NCBI GenBank assembly: GCA_031288595.1
Contig: JAITRB010000003.1
Coordinates: forward strand, 87,225-119,224
Source: Puniceicoccales bacterium
GTDB taxonomy: Bacteria > Verrucomicrobiota > Verrucomicrobiia > Opitutales > JAIRLG01
DNA length: 32,000 nt
Reading direction: 5' to 3'
The notes beneath the pieces are model-generated. The model was not told the DNA's origin, did not search any database, and was given only the letters and a program-made list of their open reading frames with translations. A program made the translations under genes and the position numbers. Positions 16,754 through 24,718 of this stretch are shown here, in pieces; the first letter of the stretch is position 1; the number at the start of each line of letters is the position of its first letter.

Positions 16754-18175
16754 TCAGCGATGGAGCATGCTCGCGACCTTGTGAGCGCTGATGACGCCGT
16801 AGTTCATCGCGCCCAGCCAGCCGGACATGATGATGCCGACGGAGCCGGTGTGGTATAGGCCGTGGATGTGATCCGACAGACGCATGGAGAGATCCAGTCC
16901 CTCGAACTTCGTCCCGAAAGAAGTGCCCCGAGGATGACCCGTATAGCGTTGAAAGGTCTTGGGGGTCGCCGCTTCCGCCCAGTCGATTTTGCTTCGAATG
17001 TCGGGAATCAAGATCTCCAGCGCTCTTAACGTATCCTCGATGATGCGCCCCTTTTCCTTCTTGTAAGAAACTGCGTCCAGGGCATTCCAATCTTCCCAAC
17101 GGGTGTTCATGGAGGCCACGATAGTATAGTGGGGCTCGCGTTGGGGACGTATCCCGGGATAGTAGAGCGAAAAGGTGCGGCTCTTCGTGTGAAAATCGAG
17201 CAATTCCCGGCCCTCGAAATGCTCATTTTCGGAAAAGAAGATCAGGTCACCGATGTCGGGAATGCTCTCGCCTGATCGGATGCCGAGATAGACCTGGCAG
17301 GAACTCGTGTTGATGCGCACCTGTTGGGATTGCTCTTTTAAATCTTCCCCAAGGGCCGAAGAGGGGAGGTAATCCGTCAAGGTCTTGAGAATATTGGCAT
17401 TGGAGATCACCGCCCTGCAGGGAATAGAAGTGTCGCCGACACGGACACCGCTGACCGACGGAGTAGGGGAGGAGGCCTCTAGCAAAATCTCCTTCACCGG
17501 ACAACGGAGGCGGATGTCGACCCCATGGGCCAAGAGTTCCTGCATCATGGCCCCGATGAGATGATCCGTCCCACCTCGGAAGGTATAAACCCCTTGGCTC
17601 ATGAAGTTGGAAAAGACGACGCCATAGCTGATGGCCGGATCATCCAGCGTCGAGCCATTGGCATAAGCGATGGGCTCGAGGAGAAAGCGATGGACATCAT
17701 CCCGCTGCGGAAAGAATTTTTCAAAAAACTCCCGAATGCTCTCTGTGGGATGGTCATAGAAATTCATCTGCCGGAGCTGCTCGAAAAAGCTTTCGACGGT
17801 CGGACTGGGGATATGGAAATCCTCGATGAGAAGACGCGAAAAATCTTGGCGGGTGAAGGAGGTCTCGAGCGAGAACTGGGGATTGACGAAGCGGATGTGC
17901 GGCAGCTGGACGATGGCATCGGCAATTGCCGGCGACCAGTACTTCCGGCATGACTTGATCATGCCCACCGGGAAACCGTGCAGGGAGATATCGAAAATAT
18001 GGCCCCCCGGGCGTTTGAACCAGGCAGCCAAACCTCCTAATTGGTAATGCTGCTCCAGGAGCAGGACACTGTGGCCCAGTTTTCCCAGATAATTAGCCGC
18101 CGTCAGCCCTCCGAGCCCGCTGCCGATGATGACGGCATCATAGGACGATTTCAGCTTCCCCAAACGCGAATCCAT
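16754..18175 (-). CDS. FAD-dependent oxidoreductase of the phytoene desaturase (CrtI/CrtD-like) family
   Basis: The N-terminal dinucleotide-binding fold is YDAVIIGSGLGGLTAANYLGKLGHSVLLLEQHYQLGG. The length and C-terminal GLYHTGSVGIIMSG motif fit the CrtI family. I prefer ATG 18175 over the track GTG start at 18340, which reads through repeat copy F. Confidence 0.7.
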   Translation of the reverse strand: MDSRLGKLKSSYDAVIIGSGLGGLTAANYLGKLGHSVLLLEQHYQLGGLAAWFKRPGGHIFDISLHGFPVGMIKSCRKYWSPAIADAIVQLPHIRFVNPQFSLETSFTRQDFSRLLIEDFHIPSPTVESFFEQLRQMNFYDHPTESIREFFEKFFPQRDDVHRFLLEPIAYANGSTLDDPAISYGVVFSNFMSQGVYTFRGGTDHLIGAMMQELLAHGVDIRLRCPVKEILLEASSPTPSVSGVRVGDTSIPCRAVISNANILKTLTDYLPSSALGEDLKEQSQQVRINTSSCQVYLGIRSGESIPDIGDLIFFSENEHFEGRELLDFHTKSRTFSLYYPGIRPQREPHYTIVASMNTRWEDWNALDAVSYKKEKGRIIEDTLRALEILIPDIRSKIDWAEAATPKTFQRYTGHPRGTSFGTKFEGLDLSMRLSDHIHGLYHTGSVGIIMSGWLGAMNYGVISAHKVASMLHR

Positions 18176-18289
18176 AGGACCTCTAGCTGAAAAAAAAGGC
18201 CCTGGAAAAGCAAGTACCGTTTTCCATCGTCGACTTTCTGAACCTGGCGATGCGAGCTTGGAAGGGGTATCCCCAGCAGAATTTGTCTG

Positions 18290-18398
18290 TTTCGCTGTCT
18301 TTGGCTCCCCAAAGGGGAGCAGGCCCACGCAGCGGGCCACGGCGCAGCCCTGCCAAGGCCTTCCGCCTCGCCAGGGCTGCGCCGCAAAGACAGCGAAA
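18290..18398. repeat. Modular intergenic repeat, copy F (order short-GC-long)
   Basis: Arms are tttcgctgtctttg (18290-18303) and caaagacagcgaaa (18385-18398). Hairpins are gctcccc-aaa-ggggagc (18304-18320), ggcccac-gca-gcgggcc (18322-18338, one mismatch) and cggcgcagccctg...cagggctgcgccg (18340-18384) with a small inner stem. Confidence 0.85.
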
Positions 18399-18450
18399 AA
18401 CCCTTCGGCCGCAGATGGCCTTTCTCAAAAAAAATCTTCATCCCAAAATC

Positions 18451-19131
18451 TCAGGTCCTCAGCTCACGGCAAACCGGGCAATACTCCAGGCGATGCCCAC
18501 GGGCCGGACAGTAGCGGCGCGCGTAGAGGATGATCTGGAGGTGCAGTGTTCGCCAGAGCGGCTCGGGATAAAGCGAGCAGAGATCCCTTTCCGTCTGGCG
18601 TACATTCTTCCCTTCACTCAGTCCCCAGCGCTTGGCACAGCGATGGATGTGCGTGTCGACCGGAAAGGCATTCTTCCCAAAAAACTGGCTCGCGACGACG
18701 GCGGCGCTCTTGTGTCCAACCCCTGGCAATCCTTCCAGCTCTTCCAGAGAAGAGGGCAGCTCTCCGCCATAACGCGAAACGACCACCTCGGCCAATTGTT
18801 TCAGAAACCTCGCCTTATGCCGGAACAGACCACAGGGCCGGATCCTATCCTCCAGCTCTTCCAGCGACAGCTCACGCATCTTCTCGGCTGAGTCGGCTCG
18901 GGCAAAGAGAGCTGGTGTGACCTGATTCACCCGCTCATCCCGACACTGGGCCGAGAGCAGGACTGCCACGAGAAAACTGAAAGCATTCCGGTACTGAAGC
19001 GAAATTTCCGGTTCCGGGAAAAGTTCCTGCAGATGCCGCAGAACGATGGCGCTGTGCTTCACGGCATTGGGAGGAAGCTTCGGTGTTTTAGCGCTCGGCG
19101 CTGCTGGCTGGATTTTCGTCTTTGCTCTCAT
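18451..19131 (-). CDS. nth: Endonuclease III (DNA glycosylase / AP lyase)
   Basis: The HhH-GPD family pattern is FSFLVAVLLSAQCRDERVN, LPGVGHKSAAVV and VDTHIHR. A C-terminal Cys cluster is present (YCPARGHRLEYCPVC). Confidence 0.85.
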   Translation of the reverse strand: MRAKTKIQPAAPSAKTPKLPPNAVKHSAIVLRHLQELFPEPEISLQYRNAFSFLVAVLLSAQCRDERVNQVTPALFARADSAEKMRELSLEELEDRIRPCGLFRHKARFLKQLAEVVVSRYGGELPSSLEELEGLPGVGHKSAAVVASQFFGKNAFPVDTHIHRCAKRWGLSEGKNVRQTERDLCSLYPEPLWRTLHLQIILYARRYCPARGHRLEYCPVCRELRT

Positions 19132-20098
19132 GGAAAAGGGTACTGGGAGGGAAATAAGTCCTCAGAAATTTTAATTTTTCCACAAAATCTTCCGCCAACG
19201 GTGCCCTAAAGCACCTCTCTTCACCGCTCCGCGGGTGCGGAAGGGTGAGCTGATGGGCGTGCAGCATGACCCGATCAAAACGACAGGGATCGGAGGCGTG
19301 AAGACGGTAGCCGTAATGGCTGTCTCCCAGAATGGGAAAGCCCAAATACTGCAGATGTACGCGAATCTGGTGCGTTCGGCCGGTGAAAATCTGAACCCGC
19401 AGATGGGCATAGTGTTCACCAAAAGTTTCCAAAACCTTCCAGTCTGAGCGGGCCGAACGACCCTCGGGACAGACGCACTGCTGCGTCCGGCGAACGGGAT
19501 GACGTCCAACAGGCACCTGCACCGTTCCGGACAAACAGGAGGGCACGCTCCGGACAAGGGTATGATAAATTTTCTGGACCTTTCGCGAGGCGAAGGCCAC
19601 CTGAAGGGCTTGATAGGCGAGATCCGTCTTGGCCAGAACCATTACCCCGGAAGTATCCTTGTCCAGGCGATGAACGATGCCTGCTCGATCAGGACCCCCT
19701 AAGGCGCTCAGCGTCATGTGCCGCGCGACCAGAGCCTCCAACAAAGTGATGCCATGAACTCCAGTGCCGCGGTGGACAACGATTCCTGCAGGCTTCGAGA
19801 TGACCAGCATATCCTCATCTTCGAAGAGAATATCCGGGGAAAAGAGCTCCGGTGACGGATTTGCCACTGCGCTCTCGGGCTCAGGAGGGTTCCATTCCAA
19901 AAACTTTCCGGCCGGAAGACGTTCCTTGGCCGAAACGACGCTGCCTTCGCAGAAAACTCGACCGGCCTTAAAGTATTTCTGGAGCTCTGTTCGGGAAAAT
20001 TCGGGGAGGCAGATGGCCAAAATCCTATCGGCCCGCTCGCCAGCCAATGCCGGTGAAATCTCGGTTCGATGGAAAAAAGTACTTTTCTCAGCATCCAT
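19088..20098 (-). CDS. rluD: RluA/RluD-family pseudouridine synthase with an N-terminal S4 domain
   Basis: The S4-like N-terminus is RADRILA...ELQKYFKAGRV and the catalytic motif is GIVHRLDKDTSGVMVLAKT. TGRTHQIRVH is also present. The 3' end overlaps the nth start by 44 nt. Confidence 0.75.
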   Translation of the reverse strand: MDAEKSTFFHRTEISPALAGERADRILAICLPEFSRTELQKYFKAGRVFCEGSVVSAKERLPAGKFLEWNPPEPESAVANPSPELFSPDILFEDEDMLVISKPAGIVVHRGTGVHGITLLEALVARHMTLSALGGPDRAGIVHRLDKDTSGVMVLAKTDLAYQALQVAFASRKVQKIYHTLVRSVPSCLSGTVQVPVGRHPVRRTQQCVCPEGRSARSDWKVLETFGEHYAHLRVQIFTGRTHQIRVHLQYLGFPILGDSHYGYRLHASDPCRFDRVMLHAHQLTLPHPRSGEERCFRAPLAEDFVEKLKFLRTYFPPSTLFHESKDENPASSAER

Positions 20099-20966
20099 GG
20101 TGAGGGGAAAACCAGGATAGGCAGAGTGCTACGGCGAGAAGGATAGCCCAGGCCGTCTGGGCTTTAGGGGCTTGAAATACGGGAAAAGTTTGCCTTCCGT
20201 GGGGATAATGTATCGCCGCATGAATCCAGTGGAAATGCACAACGGCTGAGAGTATCATGGAGCCCAGCAGGGGAAAGCAAATCCATTGAGAATGTCTGTG
20301 ATAAAAAGTGGCGAGCACTTGCCATTGCCAGGAATGCCCGGACGGGAAAAGGCCCGAAAGGGAAAGAAGGCTGACAAGCCACGCGAAGGCCCATTGGGGA
20401 TGATGGTGAAACAATCCGACAAGAGCATCTTTTCCTTGCATCTCGTTTTTCTCTGTCCCGAGGGCCGAAGCGATGTGCAGGATGAGCAGCATTGCCAGCG
20501 CAGATAATCTGAACCCGAAAAGAGGGAAAAGAGAAGAGGTGGTCATATTAAGGACCAAAAATCCGCCGACAACGGCTCCGCTGCAGGCCAGGAAATCCCT
20601 GAAATGATTCGCCTGCAGAAGCAGTAGGGAACCCAGGATGCTTGAGAGGGTGGGGAAGAGATAAAAGCTATGGAGGACGACAGAGTCCCGTGTGTCTAAG
20701 CGCTGGAAACAGACCAACAGAAACACCAAGCCCAGCGCTTGTCCCCAGAGTCCGATGGAGAGGACGGGGAGATGGCGGATACTTCTGAACAGGGCCGGCG
20801 TGAAGAGCTGAAAGGGGAAGAGTCCTGTGAGAAACAGGCCCATGAGCCAATACAGCGCAACTAGAAGGGACAGACGAAGGTAGAAGCGAAAAAAGCAGAA
20901 GAGCAGAAGCGCCATCATTCCAGCCCAGGCATAGCCCCAGGACCGGTAAATCTTGGTTGTGATCAT
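20088..20966 (-). CDS. Multi-pass membrane protein, possibly a divergent Proton_antipo_M (NuoL/M/N)-like fragment
   Basis: The 292 aa product is very hydrophobic. There are weak resemblances to antiporter-subunit motifs (LFPFQLFTPALF, LLILHIASALG, LLSLSGLFPSGHSW). The stop overlaps the rluD start. Confidence 0.4.
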   Translation of the reverse strand: MITTKIYRSWGYAWAGMMALLLFCFFRFYLRLSLLVALYWLMGLFLTGLFPFQLFTPALFRSIRHLPVLSIGLWGQALGLVFLLVCFQRLDTRDSVVLHSFYLFPTLSSILGSLLLLQANHFRDFLACSGAVVGGFLVLNMTTSSLFPLFGFRLSALAMLLILHIASALGTEKNEMQGKDALVGLFHHHPQWAFAWLVSLLSLSGLFPSGHSWQWQVLATFYHRHSQWICFPLLGSMILSAVVHFHWIHAAIHYPHGRQTFPVFQAPKAQTAWAILLAVALCLSWFSPHHGC

Positions 20967-21133
20967 AAAGGGAAGAGTTACAGGACAAGGGCGGCCCAGG
21001 CCATGAAGGGCTCAAGGGCGAGGTTTTTTATGGGACGCGAAGAGATACGATAGGAATCCTTTCCCTCCTTTCAGCCCTGCGGATAAGGCCCCCAAAGGCC
21101 AGTAGCTCCTGGAATCGATCACCGATGGAGGCA

Positions 21134-22114
21134 TCATGAGGATGAAACGAGATCATTCCAATTCTTTCGAAAACTGCGCCTCAAGTACAGGAGAAATGCA
21201 ATTTTCATCCCAGTGCTGAGCACTCCCAGAAGGTGAAGTAAGAAGGGCCGTCGACTCGAGCAAAATCCCATTACGGGAAGAAAAAGGCTCAACACCGCCA
21301 CTGAGCCCAGCAGCAGGCCATCGAGTACCGGGATCCCCATTCTCTGGATAGCAGAGGAGGGCCCCACCAAAGCCACTCTCTCCTCCGCTTCCTCTTCCTC
21401 CTGCCGCCTTTGGAAAATCCAAAGACGCAGGTAGAGCGCTCCATGGGCCATTCCCGAAGCGGGGAGGAAGTATTCTGGGAGCTCGAGATAGGAGCAGTAA
21501 AGGCAGTACAAGCCGCTCTGGGCCAGGGTGAAGTAAGCAAAGGCTCCGAGACGGGATTCTCTTCGGAAGGCGAGCAGACCGAAATACAAACTGTAAATCG
21601 CTCCGCCAAAAGTCAAAATTCCCCTCAGGAAAGGGGATAAAGCGCCACTGCCGCTCATCTGAAGCAGCTGGGGGCGGATCCATATCCAGTGACTCAATCC
21701 GCAGGGGAGGGGAGCCCGTTCGCTGAGGAGTTGAAGCCAGCCGTGAAAGGGAAGGAGGCCCAGACAAAAGGCACCGCCCAGCATTCGCAAGAATAGCTCC
21801 CACTGGCTTTGTGCTGAAGTCCAAAAGCTCAGCTGGAGCAGGCAAAGGCCAGTCGCTCCATTCGCCAGCATCTGGAAGACGAGGTCTTCGCAATCTCCAT
21901 AGCTCCAATAGCTCGTCATCAAAAGAGAAAACAGGAGGTGAAATCCTAAAACTGCCGATGTGGGGCGACTCACCAATGCCGCTCCGGAAAAGGCCAAGGA
22001 AAACGAAAATATCCCGTAAATGTTCCGGTGAGGGCACGGAACACGCCGCGAGAGGAGTAGGGGGAAAATAGCCAACACCGAAGCCACTGCGAACGGAATC
22101 GCCGGACACATCAT
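21134..22114 (-). CDS. Multi-pass membrane protein, divergent short Proton_antipo_M (NuoN-like) protein
   Basis: The 326 aa product has LLPFHGWLQLLSERAPLPCGL (compare PFHxWxPDxYxGAPxPVS), FAYFTLAQSGLY (compare LAYSSIAHxG) and VLSLFLPVMGFCSSR (compare LSLAGxPPxxGFxxK). Order and spacing match NuoN. I chose this frame over the overlapping 21153..22121 frame, which is Pro/Arg/Gly-rich. Confidence 0.5.
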   Translation of the reverse strand: MMCPAIPFAVASVLAIFPLLLSRRVPCPHRNIYGIFSFSLAFSGAALVSRPTSAVLGFHLLFSLLMTSYWSYGDCEDLVFQMLANGATGLCLLQLSFWTSAQSQWELFLRMLGGAFCLGLLPFHGWLQLLSERAPLPCGLSHWIWIRPQLLQMSGSGALSPFLRGILTFGGAIYSLYFGLLAFRRESRLGAFAYFTLAQSGLYCLYCSYLELPEYFLPASGMAHGALYLRLWIFQRRQEEEEAEERVALVGPSSAIQRMGIPVLDGLLLGSVAVLSLFLPVMGFCSSRRPFLLHLLGVLSTGMKIAFLLYLRRSFRKNWNDLVSSS

Positions 22115-22216
22115 CAGCCAATCCTAAAACGATTTGGTCCGGAACGACAAGGCGTGAAATGGATTTTGCCTTGGCGGCGAAAAAGTCTCATGATTGAGGC
22201 ACGGTGATTTGAATTT

Positions 22217-23107
22217 ATGGAGCCCATCCGCTTTTACAATCGCTACTCGCAGTCCCTGGAGGAGGAGCCTGTTGTCGGCGAACGCTTTCTGCGCTGGCTC
22301 TATGAAACTCCGACCGGCCGCTTCTGCGAAGGGAAATTTTTTGCCCAAAGGCTGTTTTCTTCCTGCGTAGGTTGGTGGATGCGCCGGGCCTGGAGTCGAG
22401 GACATATAGGGGCATTTGTCAGAAAATACGGCATCAATATCGAGATTTTCGAAAAAAAAACCGATGAATTTCGCTCCTTCGACGAATTCTTCTCTCGACG
22501 CATCAGGAGGATATTTCGGCCCATCGTCGCCCAGGAGAACAAACTGGCCTTCCCCTGTGATGGGCGACATCTCGCCATCGAATCTTTGGAGGATACGCCA
22601 TCCTTTGCCGTCAAAGGCCAGCACTTTCAGTTGAAGTCCCTACTCGGTGATCGCAAGCTCGCCGAGCAGTTCCGCGACGGGAGTCTCCTCCTCTCGCGTC
22701 TGAGTCCTGTCGATTACCACCGCTTCCACTTCCCCTGCGATGTCCTGGCGGAAAATCCCTACGAAATCCGCGGTCGCTACTCCGCCGTCCACCCAATTGC
22801 CATCCGACAGCGCCTGGCGATTTTTTCCGAAAACAAGCGCATGAGGACCCTGCTCCGTCACCCATCGGGAGATATCCTCATGGTCGAAGTGGGGGCCACC
22901 TGCATCGGGAGCATCCGACAGAGTTTTCCCTTCAATACCGAACAGGCCAAGGGAGATGAAAAGGGTTATTTTCATTTCGGCGGTTCGACTATTCTGCTCC
23001 TCTTCGAAAAAAATAAGCTGACATTCAGCGATGACCTGCTACAACAGTCCCGGAAGGGAAGGGAGCTTTATGCCTTCATGGGAGATGAGATGGCGATGTG
23101 GAAGTGA
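22217..23107 (+). CDS. psd: Phosphatidylserine decarboxylase proenzyme
   Basis: Motifs are LSPVDYHRFHFP and GATCIGSI. The self-cleavage region FHFGGSTILLLF (GST motif) lies near the C-terminus. Confidence 0.85.
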   Translation: MEPIRFYNRYSQSLEEEPVVGERFLRWLYETPTGRFCEGKFFAQRLFSSCVGWWMRRAWSRGHIGAFVRKYGINIEIFEKKTDEFRSFDEFFSRRIRRIFRPIVAQENKLAFPCDGRHLAIESLEDTPSFAVKGQHFQLKSLLGDRKLAEQFRDGSLLLSRLSPVDYHRFHFPCDVLAENPYEIRGRYSAVHPIAIRQRLAIFSENKRMRTLLRHPSGDILMVEVGATCIGSIRQSFPFNTEQAKGDEKGYFHFGGSTILLLFEKNKLTFSDDLLQQSRKGRELYAFMGDEMAMWK

Positions 23108-23170
23108 GCTAAGGTTATGGGTGTATATCTCCGGCTTTTCGCTGGGGCGTAGTCTAGAACGGGAGATGCT

Positions 23171-23272
23171 TGCGTGGCTGTCTTTGGATTCCAAAGGAAT
23201 CGCCCGCTGCGCGGGCTACAACAGGGAAAATTTTTCTCAAAATTTTTCCTGTTGCAAAGACAGCCACACGCA
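23171..23272. repeat. Modular intergenic repeat, copy G (order short-GC-long)
   Basis: Arms are tgcgtggctgtctttg (23171-23186) and caaagacagccacacgca (23255-23272). Hairpins are gattcc-aaa-ggaatc (23187-23201), gcccgc-tgc-gcgggc (23202-23216) and caacagggaaaattttt-ctc-aaaatttttcctgttg (23219-23254). Confidence 0.85.
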
Positions 23273-23314
23273 CTTCGCCTTCCCCATTCCCTAGAACAGT
23301 GTAAGGTTTAATCT

Positions 23315-23893
23315 ATGTTACCGAGAAAGAATATACTGGTCCTTCTGGATGAGGGCTTTGAGGAAATCGAATGCGTCGTTCCGGTTCGCATCTGGCGCTA
23401 CGCCGGGCAGTATGTAAGCCTGGTATCCTGTACCGATTCCCTATCCGTCTGCGGTTCCAACGGCATCACCCTTCTGGCCGAGGCCTGTCTGAAAGATGCC
23501 GAGGTCAGTTCCGACGTGCTCTTCCTGCCGGGGGGAGATAGTTGTAAAAGGATGAAGAAGAAGCCCATCGTCCTTCAAAAGATTCGGGCCTATGCCGAGA
23601 AGGGAAAACTGATCGCCGCCATCTGCGGCGCCCCACTCCTGCTCCAGGAGGCCGGTCTTTTGGCAGGACGCCACTATACGGCCTATCGAGGGAAGGATTT
23701 TCCAGGAGCGGATTACTCGAAACCGGTCGTTTTGGACGGCCCTATCCTCACAGGGAGAGATGCAGGAGCGGCATTTGCCTTTGCTCTGCAGCTTTTGCAG
23801 GCCATCAAACTCCCTCTGGAAGACATGAGAAAGGGCATCATCACAGGCTTAGGTTTGGAGGAAGTTTGGCGGCAAATGGGGAATGAGGAATAA
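23315..23893 (+). CDS. DJ-1/PfpI family protein (paralog 1)
   Basis: Motifs are GFEEIE, LFLPGG and the nucleophile elbow LIAAICGAPLLL with the conserved Cys. The protein aligns end to end with the next gene. Confidence 0.8.
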   Translation: MLPRKNILVLLDEGFEEIECVVPVRIWRYAGQYVSLVSCTDSLSVCGSNGITLLAEACLKDAEVSSDVLFLPGGDSCKRMKKKPIVLQKIRAYAEKGKLIAAICGAPLLLQEAGLLAGRHYTAYRGKDFPGADYSKPVVLDGPILTGRDAGAAFAFALQLLQAIKLPLEDMRKGIITGLGLEEVWRQMGNEE

Positions 23894-24061
23894 AGTGGCT
23901 CTGCCTCGATGGCCCTTTCCCGTCTTCAAGCAGCCACAGCTCAACGATGCTTTCCATGGGAGAGGGAATATCCCCCTGGTGGTTCGAGCACCTTGCCCCT
24001 CTTGAAAACGACATGATGTACGGAGAAACTTCCCTGCGGACCGGATGGGATTTGCTTCGAT

Positions 24062-24661
24062 ATGTTGATCAAGTGTAAGAAAAGTATACTGGTAGTCCTG
24101 GGAGAAAAATTCGAGGAGATCGAACTGGTCATTCCCGTCAGCATTTGGCGTTATGCCAGACAGACCGTGACCATCGCCTCCTGCACCGATTCGCTGTCCG
24201 TCCGTGGAGTTAACGGCATCACGGTTTCAGCCGATGAATATTTGAAAGATGCCGAAGTGAGTTCCGACATACTCTTTCTCCCAGGGGGAAATGGCTGTGA
24301 GGCTCTTAGGAAAAATGCCCTTGTGCTAGAAAAAATCCATGCCTATGCCAAAAACAAAAAACTCATCGCCGCCATCTGTGCTGCGCCCTTACTCCTGCTC
24401 GATTGCGGCCTTCTGGAAGGGCGTCGTCATACCGCCTATCCCTGCAGAGAGCTTCCGTCGGCCGATCACTCAGTTCCGGTTGTTTTGGACGATGGCATCT
24501 TGACCGGAAGGGACCCAGGATCCGTATTTGCCTTTGCTCTGAAACTGCTGCAAGCCATCGTCTGTTCCCAAGAATGGGATGAGGTTCATGCCCATATGAG
24601 AGAACTCATTCAAGGCTTGGGTGTAAAAGATATTTGGCAACGGATGGGGAATGAGCTATGA
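24062..24661 (+). CDS. DJ-1/PfpI family protein (paralog 2)
   Basis: Motifs are KFEEIE, LFLPGG and LIAAICAAPLLL. Roughly two thirds of residues look identical to paralog 1 by eye, and the codons look AT-richer. Confidence 0.8.
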   Translation: MLIKCKKSILVVLGEKFEEIELVIPVSIWRYARQTVTIASCTDSLSVRGVNGITVSADEYLKDAEVSSDILFLPGGNGCEALRKNALVLEKIHAYAKNKKLIAAICAAPLLLLDCGLLEGRRHTAYPCRELPSADHSVPVVLDDGILTGRDPGSVFAFALKLLQAIVCSQEWDEVHAHMRELIQGLGVKDIWQRMGNEL

Positions 24662-24672
24662 GGCTTATGATA

Positions 24673-24699
24673 TTGACTATTTCCCCTCGTCGTTAAAAT
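24673..24699 (+). promoter_or_regulatory. Candidate sigma70-type promoter for the OTU-like gene
   Basis: TTGACT (24673-24678) is followed by a 15 nt spacer and TAAAAT (24694-24699). aaggggga precedes the ATG at 24719. Confidence 0.4.
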
Positions 24700-24718
24700 A
24701 AAAACCAAAGGGGGATAG

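Noticed and set aside
18176-18340. N-terminal extension of the CrtI-like oxidoreductase ORF (GTG start at 18340).
   Set aside because: The extension runs into repeat copy F. The Rossmann GxGxxG motif normally sits within ~15 residues of the start, which fits the ATG at 18175.
21153-22121. A 322 aa ORF in an alternative minus-strand frame overlapping the 21134..22114 membrane protein.
   Set aside because: The product is rich in Pro, Arg, Gly and Ser with no hydrophobic core, as expected for a shadow frame in GC-rich DNA. The competing frame gives a coherent multi-pass membrane protein with family-like motifs.
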